From an uncultured Pseudomonadales bacterium (GTDB lineage: Bacteria; Patescibacteriota; Microgenomatia; UBA1400; PJMF01): DNA of 36,668 nucleotides. This document shows positions 8,268 to 17,513 of the stretch, piece after piece (position 1 is the first letter of the stretch; each line of letters opens with the position of its first letter). Under the pieces are notes generated by a model, which saw only the letters and a list, made by a program, of their open reading frames with translations, was not told the origin of the DNA and searched no databases. Both the position numbers and the translations under genes were made by a program. Location: positions 11,753-48,420 of the forward strand of contig CAYREI010000002.1 in NCBI GenBank assembly GCA_964423285.1. Direction: 5' to 3'.

Positions 8268-9554
8268 ATGTCGTTGATTGTTGATCTTCATCTTCACTCC
8301 AAGTATTCTCGAGCCACAAGTAAAGATATGGATCTGGAAGGAATGTATCATTGGGGCAAGGTCAAAGGGATTAACGTGATTGGAACAGCTGATTTTACTC
8401 ATCCGGAGTGGTTTGCAGAGCTAAGAGAAAAACTAGAGCCAGCTGAACCAGGATTATTTAAACTCAAAGATGAAATTGCAAAAAAGCTAGATCTCAACAT
8501 TCCAGCTTCAGTCGCGGATAACCTCATTCGTTTTATTCTCACAGTTGAAATAAGTAACATTTATTCTAAAAATGATCAGGTCAGAAAACTCCACAATGTG
8601 GTGATTGTGCCCAGCTTTGAAGTAGCCTCTTATATTAATAGTGAGCTAGATAAAATTGGTAATCTTAAAGCTGACGGAAGACCTATTTTAGGCATGGATA
8701 GCAAAGAACTATTAAAGATTACTTTAGCAAGCGATCAAAATTCACTGTTTATTCCAGCTCATATCTGGACACCTTGGTTTGCTATGTTTGGTTCTAAATC
8801 TGGCTTTGACTCTATTAAAGAGGCTTTTGAAGAACTAGCTCCAGAAATCAAAGCAGTAGAGACTGGTTTATCATCTGATCCGTTTATGAATTGGCGATTA
8901 TCAGAACTTGATGGGATTACTTTAGTTTCTCATTCTGATGCTCATTCGCCTAGAAATCTAGGGAGGGAGGCTAATATCATTGATGCCCAATTAGATTATT
9001 TTGATATTATTGAAGCAATTAAAACTAATGATGAACGATTTGTAGGTACAATCGAATTTTTTCCTCAAGAAGGTAAGTATCATTACGATGGTCATCGTAG
9101 TTGCGGGATTAGTTTTTCTCCAGCAGAAACTTTAGAACACAAAGGAATTTGTCCTAAATGTGGCAAGCCTTTAACAGTGGGTGTTGATTATCGGGTAAAT
9201 GAGTTAGCTGATAGGCCATCTGATTATCGTCCCAAAAAACACAAACAAGTAGAGTACATCGTGCCGCTGGCAACAATTATCAGTGAAGTAGTGGGAGTAA
9301 AAACTAAAACTTCACAAAAAGTTACCCAAATTTATGATCAATTAATTCATGCTTTTGGTGATGAATTTAGTATTTTAAGAACCATTAAAACTAATGAAAT
9401 TAAAAATAAATATCCTAAAATTGCTTTAGCAATTAAAAAGATGCGTCAAAAAGATGTATTTATTCAACCAGGATATGATGGAGTTTATGGAGTAGTAAAA
9501 TTTTTTAAACCTGGCGAGTTAGATCAGGGTCAACAATTAGGCTTGGGAATTTAG
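8268..9554 (+). CDS. Endonuclease Q family (PHP domain plus Zn finger)
   Basis: DLHLHSKYSRATS, GTADFTHP, PAHIWTPW, ETGLS.D, SDAHS, GKYHYDGH..C...CPKCG, GYDG.YG; start probably 8268 (8259 possible). Confidence 0.9.
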   Translation: MSLIVDLHLHSKYSRATSKDMDLEGMYHWGKVKGINVIGTADFTHPEWFAELREKLEPAEPGLFKLKDEIAKKLDLNIPASVADNLIRFILTVEISNIYSKNDQVRKLHNVVIVPSFEVASYINSELDKIGNLKADGRPILGMDSKELLKITLASDQNSLFIPAHIWTPWFAMFGSKSGFDSIKEAFEELAPEIKAVETGLSSDPFMNWRLSELDGITLVSHSDAHSPRNLGREANIIDAQLDYFDIIEAIKTNDERFVGTIEFFPQEGKYHYDGHRSCGISFSPAETLEHKGICPKCGKPLTVGVDYRVNELADRPSDYRPKKHKQVEYIVPLATIISEVVGVKTKTSQKVTQIYDQLIHAFGDEFSILRTIKTNEIKNKYPKIALAIKKMRQKDVFIQPGYDGVYGVVKFFKPGELDQGQQLGLGI

Positions 9555-11270
9555 ATGATTGATCAGCTTAACTTAGAACAATCACAAGCAGTAGTAGAAA
9601 CTAGTCACCATTTATTAATCATAGCTGGTCCCGGGACTGGAAAAACCAGAGTAATTACTCACAAAATTATTCATTTAATCCAAACTAAAAATGTTAGTTC
9701 AACTGAGATTCTGGCATTAACTTTTACTAAAAAAGCTGCTGCTGAAATGAGGGAGAGGCTTGCTCAATCAAGTTTAGCAACTAAAAAACAACCCTTCGTT
9801 GGCACCTTTCATGCTTTTGCTCATCACCTGTTATCTACATTTCTTGCTCAAAAGTTAGAGATAATTGATCAGGATAAACAATTGGAAATTGTCCGCCAGC
9901 TCAAACAACAGCTCCAACTAAAATCTTTATTGGGAGTAAAGGCTCAAGAAATTTTGAGATTAATTTCATTAAAAAAACAAACTGTTAAACAAAAATTTCC
10001 TGATTGGATGGAAACATTCGTGGCTGCATATAATCAAACTTTAATTGATCAAAGTTTAATAGATTTTGATGATTTATTAATTAAAGCTAAAGAGTTGTTG
10101 TCAAAGTCAAAAGCGCTTTTAAATTTTAAATACATTTTAGTCGATGAGTTTCAAGACACCAATCAACTTCAGTACCAATTATTAAAATTATTAGTTAGAC
10201 CCAAAACCAAAATAACAGTAGTCGGCGATCCTTTTCAATCAATTTATGGATTCCGTGGTTCTAGTAGTAAAATTTTTGATATATTTCGTCAAGATTTTTC
10301 GCCTCAGGAAATAATTTTGATGAATAATTATCGTAATCCTTGGGAAATTATTGAAACTAGCCAATCTTTATTTTCTAATTCTCTTGCCCTAAAATCTAAA
10401 CAAAAAAATTCTGGAAAAATTACTTTGATAAAAACTCTCAATGAATACACCGAAGCAGATTATATTCTTTCTTTAATTGAAGCTAAGGTGGGTGGCACTG
10501 ATTTACTTTCTTCAGCACAAAGGGAACATCAAGATGCTTTAGATAAACAAGCTCGTTTTTCTGATTTTGCAGTTATGTTTAGGACACACTATCTTTCAAG
10601 AATCTTAGAACAAAAGTTTTTTGATTCAGGTATTCCATTTCAGAAGATTGGGGCACAGTCTCCTCTAGCTCAGCCAGAAATTCAATTGATTATCAAGGAG
10701 CTTCAGATGAGACCTTTGACTGATGAAAAAAAAGTTAGCCAGATAATTGCTGATATTATCAAACAACTTCAGCTAGAAAAAATTTTTGAAAATAAACCGG
10801 CCAAACTAATAAATTTAAAAGAATTTCAATCACTTTTAGTTCAGTTTGATAGAGAGAAAAATGGACTAAAAAAAGCATTGCAACATTTAGACTACCTAGA
10901 AAATCATGATTATTATGATGAACGAGCTGACAAAGTCGCTCTACTAACTATGCACGCAACCAAAGGATTAGAGTTCAAGTATGTTTATATTTGTGGTTTT
11001 GAAGATGGAATTATTCCGTTAATTAAAAAAGATAAGGATTTTGATTTAGAAGAGGAAAAACGATTGTTTTATGTAGCTCTAACTAGGGCTAAAAAAGAAA
11101 TTTTCTTATTCTATACTTTGGAACGTCAGCGGCAAAAGGCAATGGTTTCTAGATTTTTATCAGTATTGGATCAAAGTCATTTAAATAAAATTATTGATCC
11201 TAGAATTGAGAAAACTTTTAAAAAGAGGCAACGGAATAAAAATAAAAAAAGACAGCCTAGTTTATTTTAG
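9555..11270 (+). CDS. UvrD/PcrA-family SF1A helicase (short 2B domain)
   Basis: AGPGTGKT, LTFT.KAA.EM..R, VDEFQD, GDP.QSIYGFRG, TMH.TKGLEF, EE.RLFYVALTRA. Confidence 0.92.
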   Translation: MIDQLNLEQSQAVVETSHHLLIIAGPGTGKTRVITHKIIHLIQTKNVSSTEILALTFTKKAAAEMRERLAQSSLATKKQPFVGTFHAFAHHLLSTFLAQKLEIIDQDKQLEIVRQLKQQLQLKSLLGVKAQEILRLISLKKQTVKQKFPDWMETFVAAYNQTLIDQSLIDFDDLLIKAKELLSKSKALLNFKYILVDEFQDTNQLQYQLLKLLVRPKTKITVVGDPFQSIYGFRGSSSKIFDIFRQDFSPQEIILMNNYRNPWEIIETSQSLFSNSLALKSKQKNSGKITLIKTLNEYTEADYILSLIEAKVGGTDLLSSAQREHQDALDKQARFSDFAVMFRTHYLSRILEQKFFDSGIPFQKIGAQSPLAQPEIQLIIKELQMRPLTDEKKVSQIIADIIKQLQLEKIFENKPAKLINLKEFQSLLVQFDREKNGLKKALQHLDYLENHDYYDERADKVALLTMHATKGLEFKYVYICGFEDGIIPLIKKDKDFDLEEEKRLFYVALTRAKKEIFLFYTLERQRQKAMVSRFLSVLDQSHLNKIIDPRIEKTFKKRQRNKNKKRQPSLF

Positions 11271-12957
11271 ATTTTTTAATTAATGAACAATGAAAACCTA
11301 ATCCTAAAATTCCCATTAAAACTAGATACTTTCCAATTTTTCTAGCAGATGTATTCTGAGTGAATTGAACTCTAACTTGATGTTGGCCCGGATTCAAATA
11401 ATAAGTAATATGACCAGGAAATTCTTCATCTTCATAATTTATTTTTTGATATTGACCATCAACTAGCAGTTCCCAGCCAGGGAAATAATAAGTTTTTTGG
11501 ATTACTTCTACTAATTTACTGGTCTCAACCACATATAACATTTGTGACCCATTCCAATTTTGAATTTTTAGATTGGCATAATCAGCCGGTTGCAAAATTT
11601 CATCATCATATAATTTTTGTTTTGGAATTCTAAAAGAAATTTTTTCTTCTGTAAAATGTCTTGTATATTCAGCTGCCCAGATCGGCTGAAATTCATTGAA
11701 AGTAGTAGTGGTTTTGAAATATTCAAAAAGCTCATAGTCACTCCAGTTTTGAAATCCACGTGGATGGGCATAAACGATTATTGAGAGCACACTGGTTACG
11801 ATTAATGCAGCAGTTAGCAAGTGATTATTTCTAAATAACTCTATTTGTGAAAGGTGGATAAAAAGTAAAGTAGTGCATAAAGTTAGCAATGATAATAATC
11901 TCCAAGGATATTGGAGATAATTTCCTAAGCCGGAGATTAACCAGACAGATTTGGTGAATGGCATCATTAATATTGCGATAAAAATTATTACTCCTAATAG
12001 ATAAATAATAATTTTTTTATCAGTATTTTTTTTCTTTATGATCAACCAAAGGCTACTTAAAAAAATAATCCAGGTGCTATATCCAACTGACACCGTTTTA
12101 AAAGTATTAAGTCTATCTAGGTTAGTTATTTGATGAAAAAAGAAAGACCAATGCTTAGGGAATTGAGTTAAATAATTAGTGATAGTATCAGTTCGGTCTA
12201 AAATTACATACTGTTTTTCCCATAGTACTGGGAGCCAATGCCAGGCTGTTATCAACAGAGAGATTATTCCAATGGGCATGATTCGTTTAATTAAAATGAT
12301 GACCTGTTTCTTATCTTTAACTCGCAGCCAGTAGTAAATTATTAATATTGGAACAGTAATAATGAATGAAGGTTGATGCGAAATTAAGAGTAGGGCTAAA
12401 CTTAAAATTGAGAGTAGAGAAAATAAAATATTAATTTTCTTTTTTTTGATCAAATTTTCTATCCCCCACATTACCCAGGGCAATATGGCAAAAAAGGCTA
12501 TTTCGCCTAGGGCTGTACGTGAGTAAATATTGATTAAACTATAGGGAGTGGTTAAGTATAGTCCAGCCGTTATTGCAGATCCCCATTGAGATAGAGAGAA
12601 TTTTCTAGCTAGAAAATAAACTCCTAATACACCAACAACAATTAGTAAAATAATGGTTAAATTTAAAGACACGACTATAGTTACTGGCAATGCCATGTAG
12701 ATAAATGTACTGATGATATAAGGCAAAGGATAAACAAAATTTAAAACCGGGTAGCCATAACCGCTATTTAAATTTGGTGCAAAGCGAGGTGGAATCTGAC
12801 CTTGTTTTATCGCTAGGTAATAGTTAGCAACTCGAGCCGCATGTAGCTCAGCGTCATCACTATATAATAGACGATTTGAAAAAAGAGGTGTGAGGATGAT
12901 AAAAGTTAAACCAATTAGCAATAAAGGAATTATTAATTGTTTAAGATTTTTTCTCAT
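11257..12957 (-). CDS. GT-C fold membrane protein (PTPS-related/YfhO-like glycosyltransferase)
   Basis: DD...H, PPRFAP.LN.GYGYP..NF.YPL, QYPWR, YFPGW, many TM helices. Confidence 0.75.
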   Translation of the reverse strand: MRKNLKQLIIPLLLIGLTFIILTPLFSNRLLYSDDAELHAARVANYYLAIKQGQIPPRFAPNLNSGYGYPVLNFVYPLPYIISTFIYMALPVTIVVSLNLTIILLIVVGVLGVYFLARKFSLSQWGSAITAGLYLTTPYSLINIYSRTALGEIAFFAILPWVMWGIENLIKKKKINILFSLLSILSLALLLISHQPSFIITVPILIIYYWLRVKDKKQVIILIKRIMPIGIISLLITAWHWLPVLWEKQYVILDRTDTITNYLTQFPKHWSFFFHQITNLDRLNTFKTVSVGYSTWIIFLSSLWLIIKKKNTDKKIIIYLLGVIIFIAILMMPFTKSVWLISGLGNYLQYPWRLLSLLTLCTTLLFIHLSQIELFRNNHLLTAALIVTSVLSIIVYAHPRGFQNWSDYELFEYFKTTTTFNEFQPIWAAEYTRHFTEEKISFRIPKQKLYDDEILQPADYANLKIQNWNGSQMLYVVETSKLVEVIQKTYYFPGWELLVDGQYQKINYEDEEFPGHITYYLNPGQHQVRVQFTQNTSARKIGKYLVLMGILGLGFHCSLIKKSKIN

Positions 12958-13045
12958 CTCTAAATATCATACACTTCCTGGATTAATGCGGTAAAATAAA
13001 AAACTGTAAAATTATTATTTTATTTTCGAAGTAGATTGACTTGGT

Positions 13046-13822
13046 TTATATTATTAATGGCCAGTCTTGGGTTTGGGTTAAAATTTCTGGTTTTTTATCA
13101 ACTCTGACCATGTATTCAAACATTACCCCCTTACCACCATCAATAGTTTTCACTGTCCAGCCATTATTTTCTACATAGATTTGATCATTTCCAGATACAA
13201 CCTGGCATTCCACACAAATAATCATATTTTTTTTAAGTTCTAGACCAGATTTGGGTTGACCATAGGCAGGTATTCCAGGATTTTCATGAAGACTCCTCCC
13301 GATACCATGGCCAATATATTGTTTAAGAGTATCAAAACCAGCTTTAAAAGCTGTGCTATGCATTGCATGACCTAAACTTCCGGTTGTATTACCAGGCTTA
13401 GCTAATTTAGCAGCATTCAAAACTGCCCTACGACCGATCTTTAATAATTTTTGGTCTTCATTTGAAATTTTTCCTACTCCAACAGTAAAACAGTGATCAG
13501 TGTAGAATCCTTGATAGATAATTCCAAAATCAATTTTAACTAAATCACCTTCTTGAATTTTTCTTTTGCTATTGGGAATTCCATGAAGAATTTCGTTATT
13601 GATTGAAATACAGCTATTGAATTTGTAAGTTAAATTGCCAAAAGTTACGCCTTTAAAAGATGGCCTGACCTGGTATTTTTTGCATAGATCACCGGCTAGT
13701 TTATCCAGTTCAATTGGATAAACTCCTGGTTTAATGGCGTCACGCAGCTGCGATAAAATTTGAGTTGAAAGCTTGGTGGCTTTTTTATAAGTGTTTAGTT
13801 CAGTTTGAGATCGTATAATCAT
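13046..13822 (-). CDS. map: Methionine aminopeptidase type I
   Basis: CISIN.EI.HGIP, GD.VKIDFG, TD, GHGIG..LHE.P, two Glu ligands (VEC, FEY). Confidence 0.88.
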   Translation of the reverse strand: MIIRSQTELNTYKKATKLSTQILSQLRDAIKPGVYPIELDKLAGDLCKKYQVRPSFKGVTFGNLTYKFNSCISINNEILHGIPNSKRKIQEGDLVKIDFGIIYQGFYTDHCFTVGVGKISNEDQKLLKIGRRAVLNAAKLAKPGNTTGSLGHAMHSTAFKAGFDTLKQYIGHGIGRSLHENPGIPAYGQPKSGLELKKNMIICVECQVVSGNDQIYVENNGWTVKTIDGGKGVMFEYMVRVDKKPEILTQTQDWPLII

Positions 13823-15037
13823 TTATTCCTTATAAAATGTAAATTGTCCTTTTTCATAAATTATTTTTTGACTACCTCCAGTCATGAAGGCAGTGACAGT
13901 GCGATCGGTTGTAGAAACAATATCTGTGTGTTCAGCTGAATCATTAAAACCCATTTTTTCCCATTCTTTTTTACTCACGCTGGCAGGGTCACCGCGATAG
14001 CAATCTTTATAAGCTCTACCTACTGCTATATGAGTATTGCCGTATGGTCCACCAATATTTTCATCAAATAAAGTTTCTGCCATTACATGAGTGATACGAG
14101 ACATTCTTTTATCAGTTAAAGAATATTCGCCAATTTTATTAGCGTTGGGACTTTTCAGTATTTCTTGTAAAAATTTATTACCAATTTTAGCTTTGGCTTT
14201 AGTTACTAGACCATCTTTAAATTCTAAATAAATATTATTTATTACATTGCCATAACGGTATAATGGTTGATTAAATTTCATCCAGCCTTCTGTTTTACGC
14301 CAATCTGGAGAAGTGAAAAATTCAAAACTGGGAATATTACGACCGCTACCTCCATTCCAAATTCGATTAGCTCCAAGTTTTACTTTAAGATCAACATCTG
14401 GTCCTTTGATATTCAGCCACTCAATGCTCATTTTGTTTAATGATTTTTTAATTGATTCTTGCATCTTAAAAATTCGTTGCCACTGCGCGATTGGATCATT
14501 CTTATCTAAGAAACAAGCTTTAATAATTTGCTGCCAATATTGTTCAAGTGATAGACCTACAATTTTTGCTTTAGCTGGTACACCCCATAAACCCATCGTC
14601 CAAGTATATTGATTTTGATTTTCTTTATTTTCTAGCCAATCAAGATAGGCTTTTTTGGCATCGCGAGCCTTAATAAATTTTTGTGGATTAACATCTTTGA
14701 GCTCAAACGGATTAGGATCAGCAATGATGCCAACTTGGTGATCGATTAATTTAACTCTTTCTTTGAAATATGACTCAGGAAAAAAAGTTAACTGAGCATC
14801 ATTGGCTAAGGTATAAAAATCTTTATCAAATTCAGTTGGGATGAGCTGTAACATGGGATGACCGCCAGCTTTTAAAACAGCATTTTGTAATTCTAGAGCC
14901 AATGGTTTGGCAACATCCGGGACTACTAGTCTAATTACTTCTCCCGGCTTGATTCCTTTTCCAGAATTAAGAGCAAAGTTAATTAATACTTCTGCATATT
15001 TACGTAAAATTTTTTGAGATGGTTGATACTCAGTCAT
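13823..15037 (-). CDS. Aminopeptidase, M29 family (AmpS/PepS/aminopeptidase T)
   Basis: NIPSFE.FT.P, GE.S, LFDEN....NTHIA.G.AY, N.S..HTD. Confidence 0.9.
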   Translation of the reverse strand: MTEYQPSQKILRKYAEVLINFALNSGKGIKPGEVIRLVVPDVAKPLALELQNAVLKAGGHPMLQLIPTEFDKDFYTLANDAQLTFFPESYFKERVKLIDHQVGIIADPNPFELKDVNPQKFIKARDAKKAYLDWLENKENQNQYTWTMGLWGVPAKAKIVGLSLEQYWQQIIKACFLDKNDPIAQWQRIFKMQESIKKSLNKMSIEWLNIKGPDVDLKVKLGANRIWNGGSGRNIPSFEFFTSPDWRKTEGWMKFNQPLYRYGNVINNIYLEFKDGLVTKAKAKIGNKFLQEILKSPNANKIGEYSLTDKRMSRITHVMAETLFDENIGGPYGNTHIAVGRAYKDCYRGDPASVSKKEWEKMGFNDSAEHTDIVSTTDRTVTAFMTGGSQKIIYEKGQFTFYKE

Positions 15038-15094
15038 ATCGCTGTATTGTAACCACTTTCACTCAAGAAGTCAGGGGGTGTAAAATATATATTC

Positions 15095-15205
15095 ATGCAG
15101 CACTTTATCTCACATAAAGCAAAGATTGTTGATTTACCAGTGACAGTTGAGATGAAAAAAATGATAAATCAATTTTTGGATAAAACTGCAAATCGTGTTC
15201 GTTGA
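15095..15205 (+). CDS. Unannotated 36-aa small ORF or gene remnant (MQHFISHKAKIVDLPVTVEMKKMINQFLDKTANRVR)
   Basis: TTCACT (15058-15063) - 17 nt - TAAAAT (15081-15086) - 8 nt - ATG; fills the pepS-prmC gap and overlaps the prmC 3' end. Confidence 0.35.
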   Translation: MQHFISHKAKIVDLPVTVEMKKMINQFLDKTANRVR

Positions 15206-15912
15206 AATTGATCTCGGGTAACTTGTAGTTGAAAATCTTTGAGTTTTAGATTTTGTCTTAAAAATTCTTCATCATGAGTGTAATCAACTTCTAATAGTAT
15301 TATTCCTTTATGATTTAATCTTTTTTTAGCTTGCTTAACTATTTCTTTGATATATTTCAAACCATCACTCCCACCGTCTAAAGCTAGATGCGGCTCATAT
15401 TCTTTGACTGATTTATCTAAAACCTTTATTCTTTCAGACGGAATGTAAGGTAGATTTGCTAAAATTAAATCGAATTTAATCTCCTCAGGATAATTTTTGA
15501 GTAAATCGGATTTGATTATTCTAATTTGACTAGTTTTTCCAATTAGTTTTTTTACATTTTTTTGAGTTATTACTAAAGCTTTTTTTGAAATATCACTTAA
15601 ATACATTTCCACATTAATTTTTACCTTTTTAAGCTTAAACCACAGATTGATTCCAACGGCACCACTTCCACAACCCACATCAGCAATAATTAGATTTTTG
15701 TGATTAGTTATTTTTTCTAAAGCCAAATTTACTAATTCTTCAGACTCAATTCTGGGGATTAAAACATTTTGATCAATTTCAAATACCTGCCCACCAAATT
15801 CTGCCTTGTTTGTGATGTATTCCACTGGCATTTCACCATAGTTAACAATATTGATGTTACTTTTATCAAATCTTTGTAAATGAGTTTTTTCGTAGGGAGT
15901 GAGTTGTCTCAT
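15169..15912 (-). CDS. prmC: Release factor glutamine methyltransferase (HemK), short N-terminal domain
   Basis: P.EYI...AEF.G, VLIPR.E.E, D.GCGSG, ANLPY, EP..ALDGG.DGL. Confidence 0.88.
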   Translation of the reverse strand: MRQLTPYEKTHLQRFDKSNINIVNYGEMPVEYITNKAEFGGQVFEIDQNVLIPRIESEELVNLALEKITNHKNLIIADVGCGSGAVGINLWFKLKKVKINVEMYLSDISKKALVITQKNVKKLIGKTSQIRIIKSDLLKNYPEEIKFDLILANLPYIPSERIKVLDKSVKEYEPHLALDGGSDGLKYIKEIVKQAKKRLNHKGIILLEVDYTHDEEFLRQNLKLKDFQLQVTRDQFQRTRFAVLSKN

Positions 15913-15914
15913 GA

Positions 15915-16829
15915 TTACCAGCCACCACTAGCACCACCACCACCACTGGAACCACCACCAAAACTGGAACCAGAACTAGAGCTAGAACCAAATGAGCTAC
16001 CAGAAGAGGAGTGAGTTTTAAAACCACCCCAGGTACTCTTCCAACTCGTAGACTTTTTAGCCTTTTTAAGTTTTTTGTAATTTTTAGATAATATGTAATC
16101 TAACACTAGCCCCACTAGTCCAAAGAAAACTGCTGATACCATTCCCGTTAATAATAATCCGATTCCAAACCCCACTAATCCTCCCGGCCACCAAATCTTA
16201 CTCCTGCCCATCCAGGCAGCTAAGTAACTAAAAATTACTACCATAAAAACTCCACCCATTGTGATTTTTAATACGTTAGAAAAAACAGACATAATACCCG
16301 ATTTATTAATAGGATCAATCCCAGGAGCAAAACCTGGACTCTCTAAAAATTGTTGTTGAATAGCTGCCACACCTTGTCTGATGCCAGCTTCATAATCATC
16401 TTTTTTGAATTCTGGAGTAATTACATTTCTAATAATTCTGCCAGCTTCTGCGTCAGTGATGACGGGCTCAACTCCATAACCATTGTGAATACGCAGTTTT
16501 TTATCTTCAACTGCCACTAGTAAGAGCACTCCATTATCAAGATGTTTTTTACCAATTTGCCAAGTATCAAAGAACTCCTGAGCTACATTTTCTACCGTAT
16601 CTCCATCTAGAGTAGTAATAGTAGCTACTGCAATCTCAGCTCCATCAGAAGCTTCAGCTGTGGTTTGAAGTTCAGCCTCTAATTGATTTTCGAAGTCTGG
16701 AGATAAAATTTCTGCATAGTCATTGATAAAACCTTCATAACTAGGAACATCAAAGGCTTTGGCTCTAGTTGCTAGCAACCAACAACTTAATACCAATAAA
16801 AAACCACTTAAGAAAAGTTTTTTTAACAT
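15915..16829 (-). CDS. TPM domain (YgcG-like) membrane protein with Gly/Ser-rich tail
   Basis: IND.A..LS, W.IG....DNGVLLLVA..D...RI..GYG.E, FGGGSSGGGGASGGW end. Confidence 0.88.
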   Translation of the reverse strand: MLKKLFLSGFLLVLSCWLLATRAKAFDVPSYEGFINDYAEILSPDFENQLEAELQTTAEASDGAEIAVATITTLDGDTVENVAQEFFDTWQIGKKHLDNGVLLLVAVEDKKLRIHNGYGVEPVITDAEAGRIIRNVITPEFKKDDYEAGIRQGVAAIQQQFLESPGFAPGIDPINKSGIMSVFSNVLKITMGGVFMVVIFSYLAAWMGRSKIWWPGGLVGFGIGLLLTGMVSAVFFGLVGLVLDYILSKNYKKLKKAKKSTSWKSTWGGFKTHSSSGSSFGSSSSSGSSFGGGSSGGGGASGGW

Positions 16830-16847
16830 TTATCTATACTCTATTTT

Positions 16848-17414
16848 TTATTCGCTTAATTTTAAATCAACTTTTGGAGCGGTTTCAGCCGCTTCTACAG
16901 CTTCAAAGTAAGGTTTCTCATTATAGCCAAACAAGCGAGCAACAATCATGGTGGGGAAAGTTTTAACCCTAGTGTTATATCCCTTCACCGTATCGTTGTA
17001 ACGTTTACGTTCTACGCTAGTGCGATTTTCAGTTCCAGCTAGTTCGACCATTAAATCAGCCACCGTTTCATTTGATTTTAGCTCTGGGTAGTTTTCTACA
17101 ATGACTAATAACCGACTTAATGCTGATTCCATTTGATTGGTTGCTTCTACTTTTTCGCTGGCAGTACCGGCCCCGGCATATCCCTGTCGCGCTTCAGCGA
17201 TATCAGCAAATACTTTTTGTTCTTGTGCTAAAAAACCTTTGGTTGATTCAACTAAATTTGGGATTAAATCATAGCGACGTTGATATTGAGTTTCGACTTG
17301 AGCCCATTGACTATCGACGTGTTGTCCAAGTCCAACTAGGCCATTATAAGTACTCATCAGCCACATCCCTAGAACTAGTACTACAGCTCCAAGAGTTAAT
17401 AAAGGTTTTTTCAT
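16848..17414 (-). CDS. lemA: LemA family protein
   Basis: TM, YN.LV, W..VE.QYQRR.DLIPNLV, E.YPELK, ENR....R.RYN, FP. Confidence 0.93.
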   Translation of the reverse strand: MKKPLLTLGAVVLVLGMWLMSTYNGLVGLGQHVDSQWAQVETQYQRRYDLIPNLVESTKGFLAQEQKVFADIAEARQGYAGAGTASEKVEATNQMESALSRLLVIVENYPELKSNETVADLMVELAGTENRTSVERKRYNDTVKGYNTRVKTFPTMIVARLFGYNEKPYFEAVEAAETAPKVDLKLSE

Positions 17415-17451
17415 ATTTTTCCTCTAATTTTTATTTTTTTACTCAATTTTT

Positions 17452-17476
17452 AGTATACCATTGCTCATGTTACAAT
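17452..17476. promoter_or_regulatory. Back-to-back extended -10 promoters for lemA and yqeY operons
   Basis: Minus TGGTATACT (17460-17452); plus TGTTACAAT (17468-17476). Confidence 0.55.
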
Positions 17477-17513
17477 CGAGAGTACTTACGCTAATATTTA
17501 GGTGAAAGGAAAT

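Noticed and set aside
9552-9557. Amber read-through or recoding producing an EndoQ-UvrD fusion
   Set aside because: TAG is an ordinary stop in several other genes here, an ATG follows directly, and EndoQ ends in its own terminal-type motif; translational coupling is simpler
12958-13045. Possible ncRNA or ORF between GT-C and map
   Set aside because: No ATG-led frame of note or stable structure seen; explained by the GT-C promoter and AT-rich spacer
15915-16015. ACC/GAGCTA-rich repeat-like DNA
   Set aside because: Encodes the usual Gly/Ser tail of TPM-domain proteins
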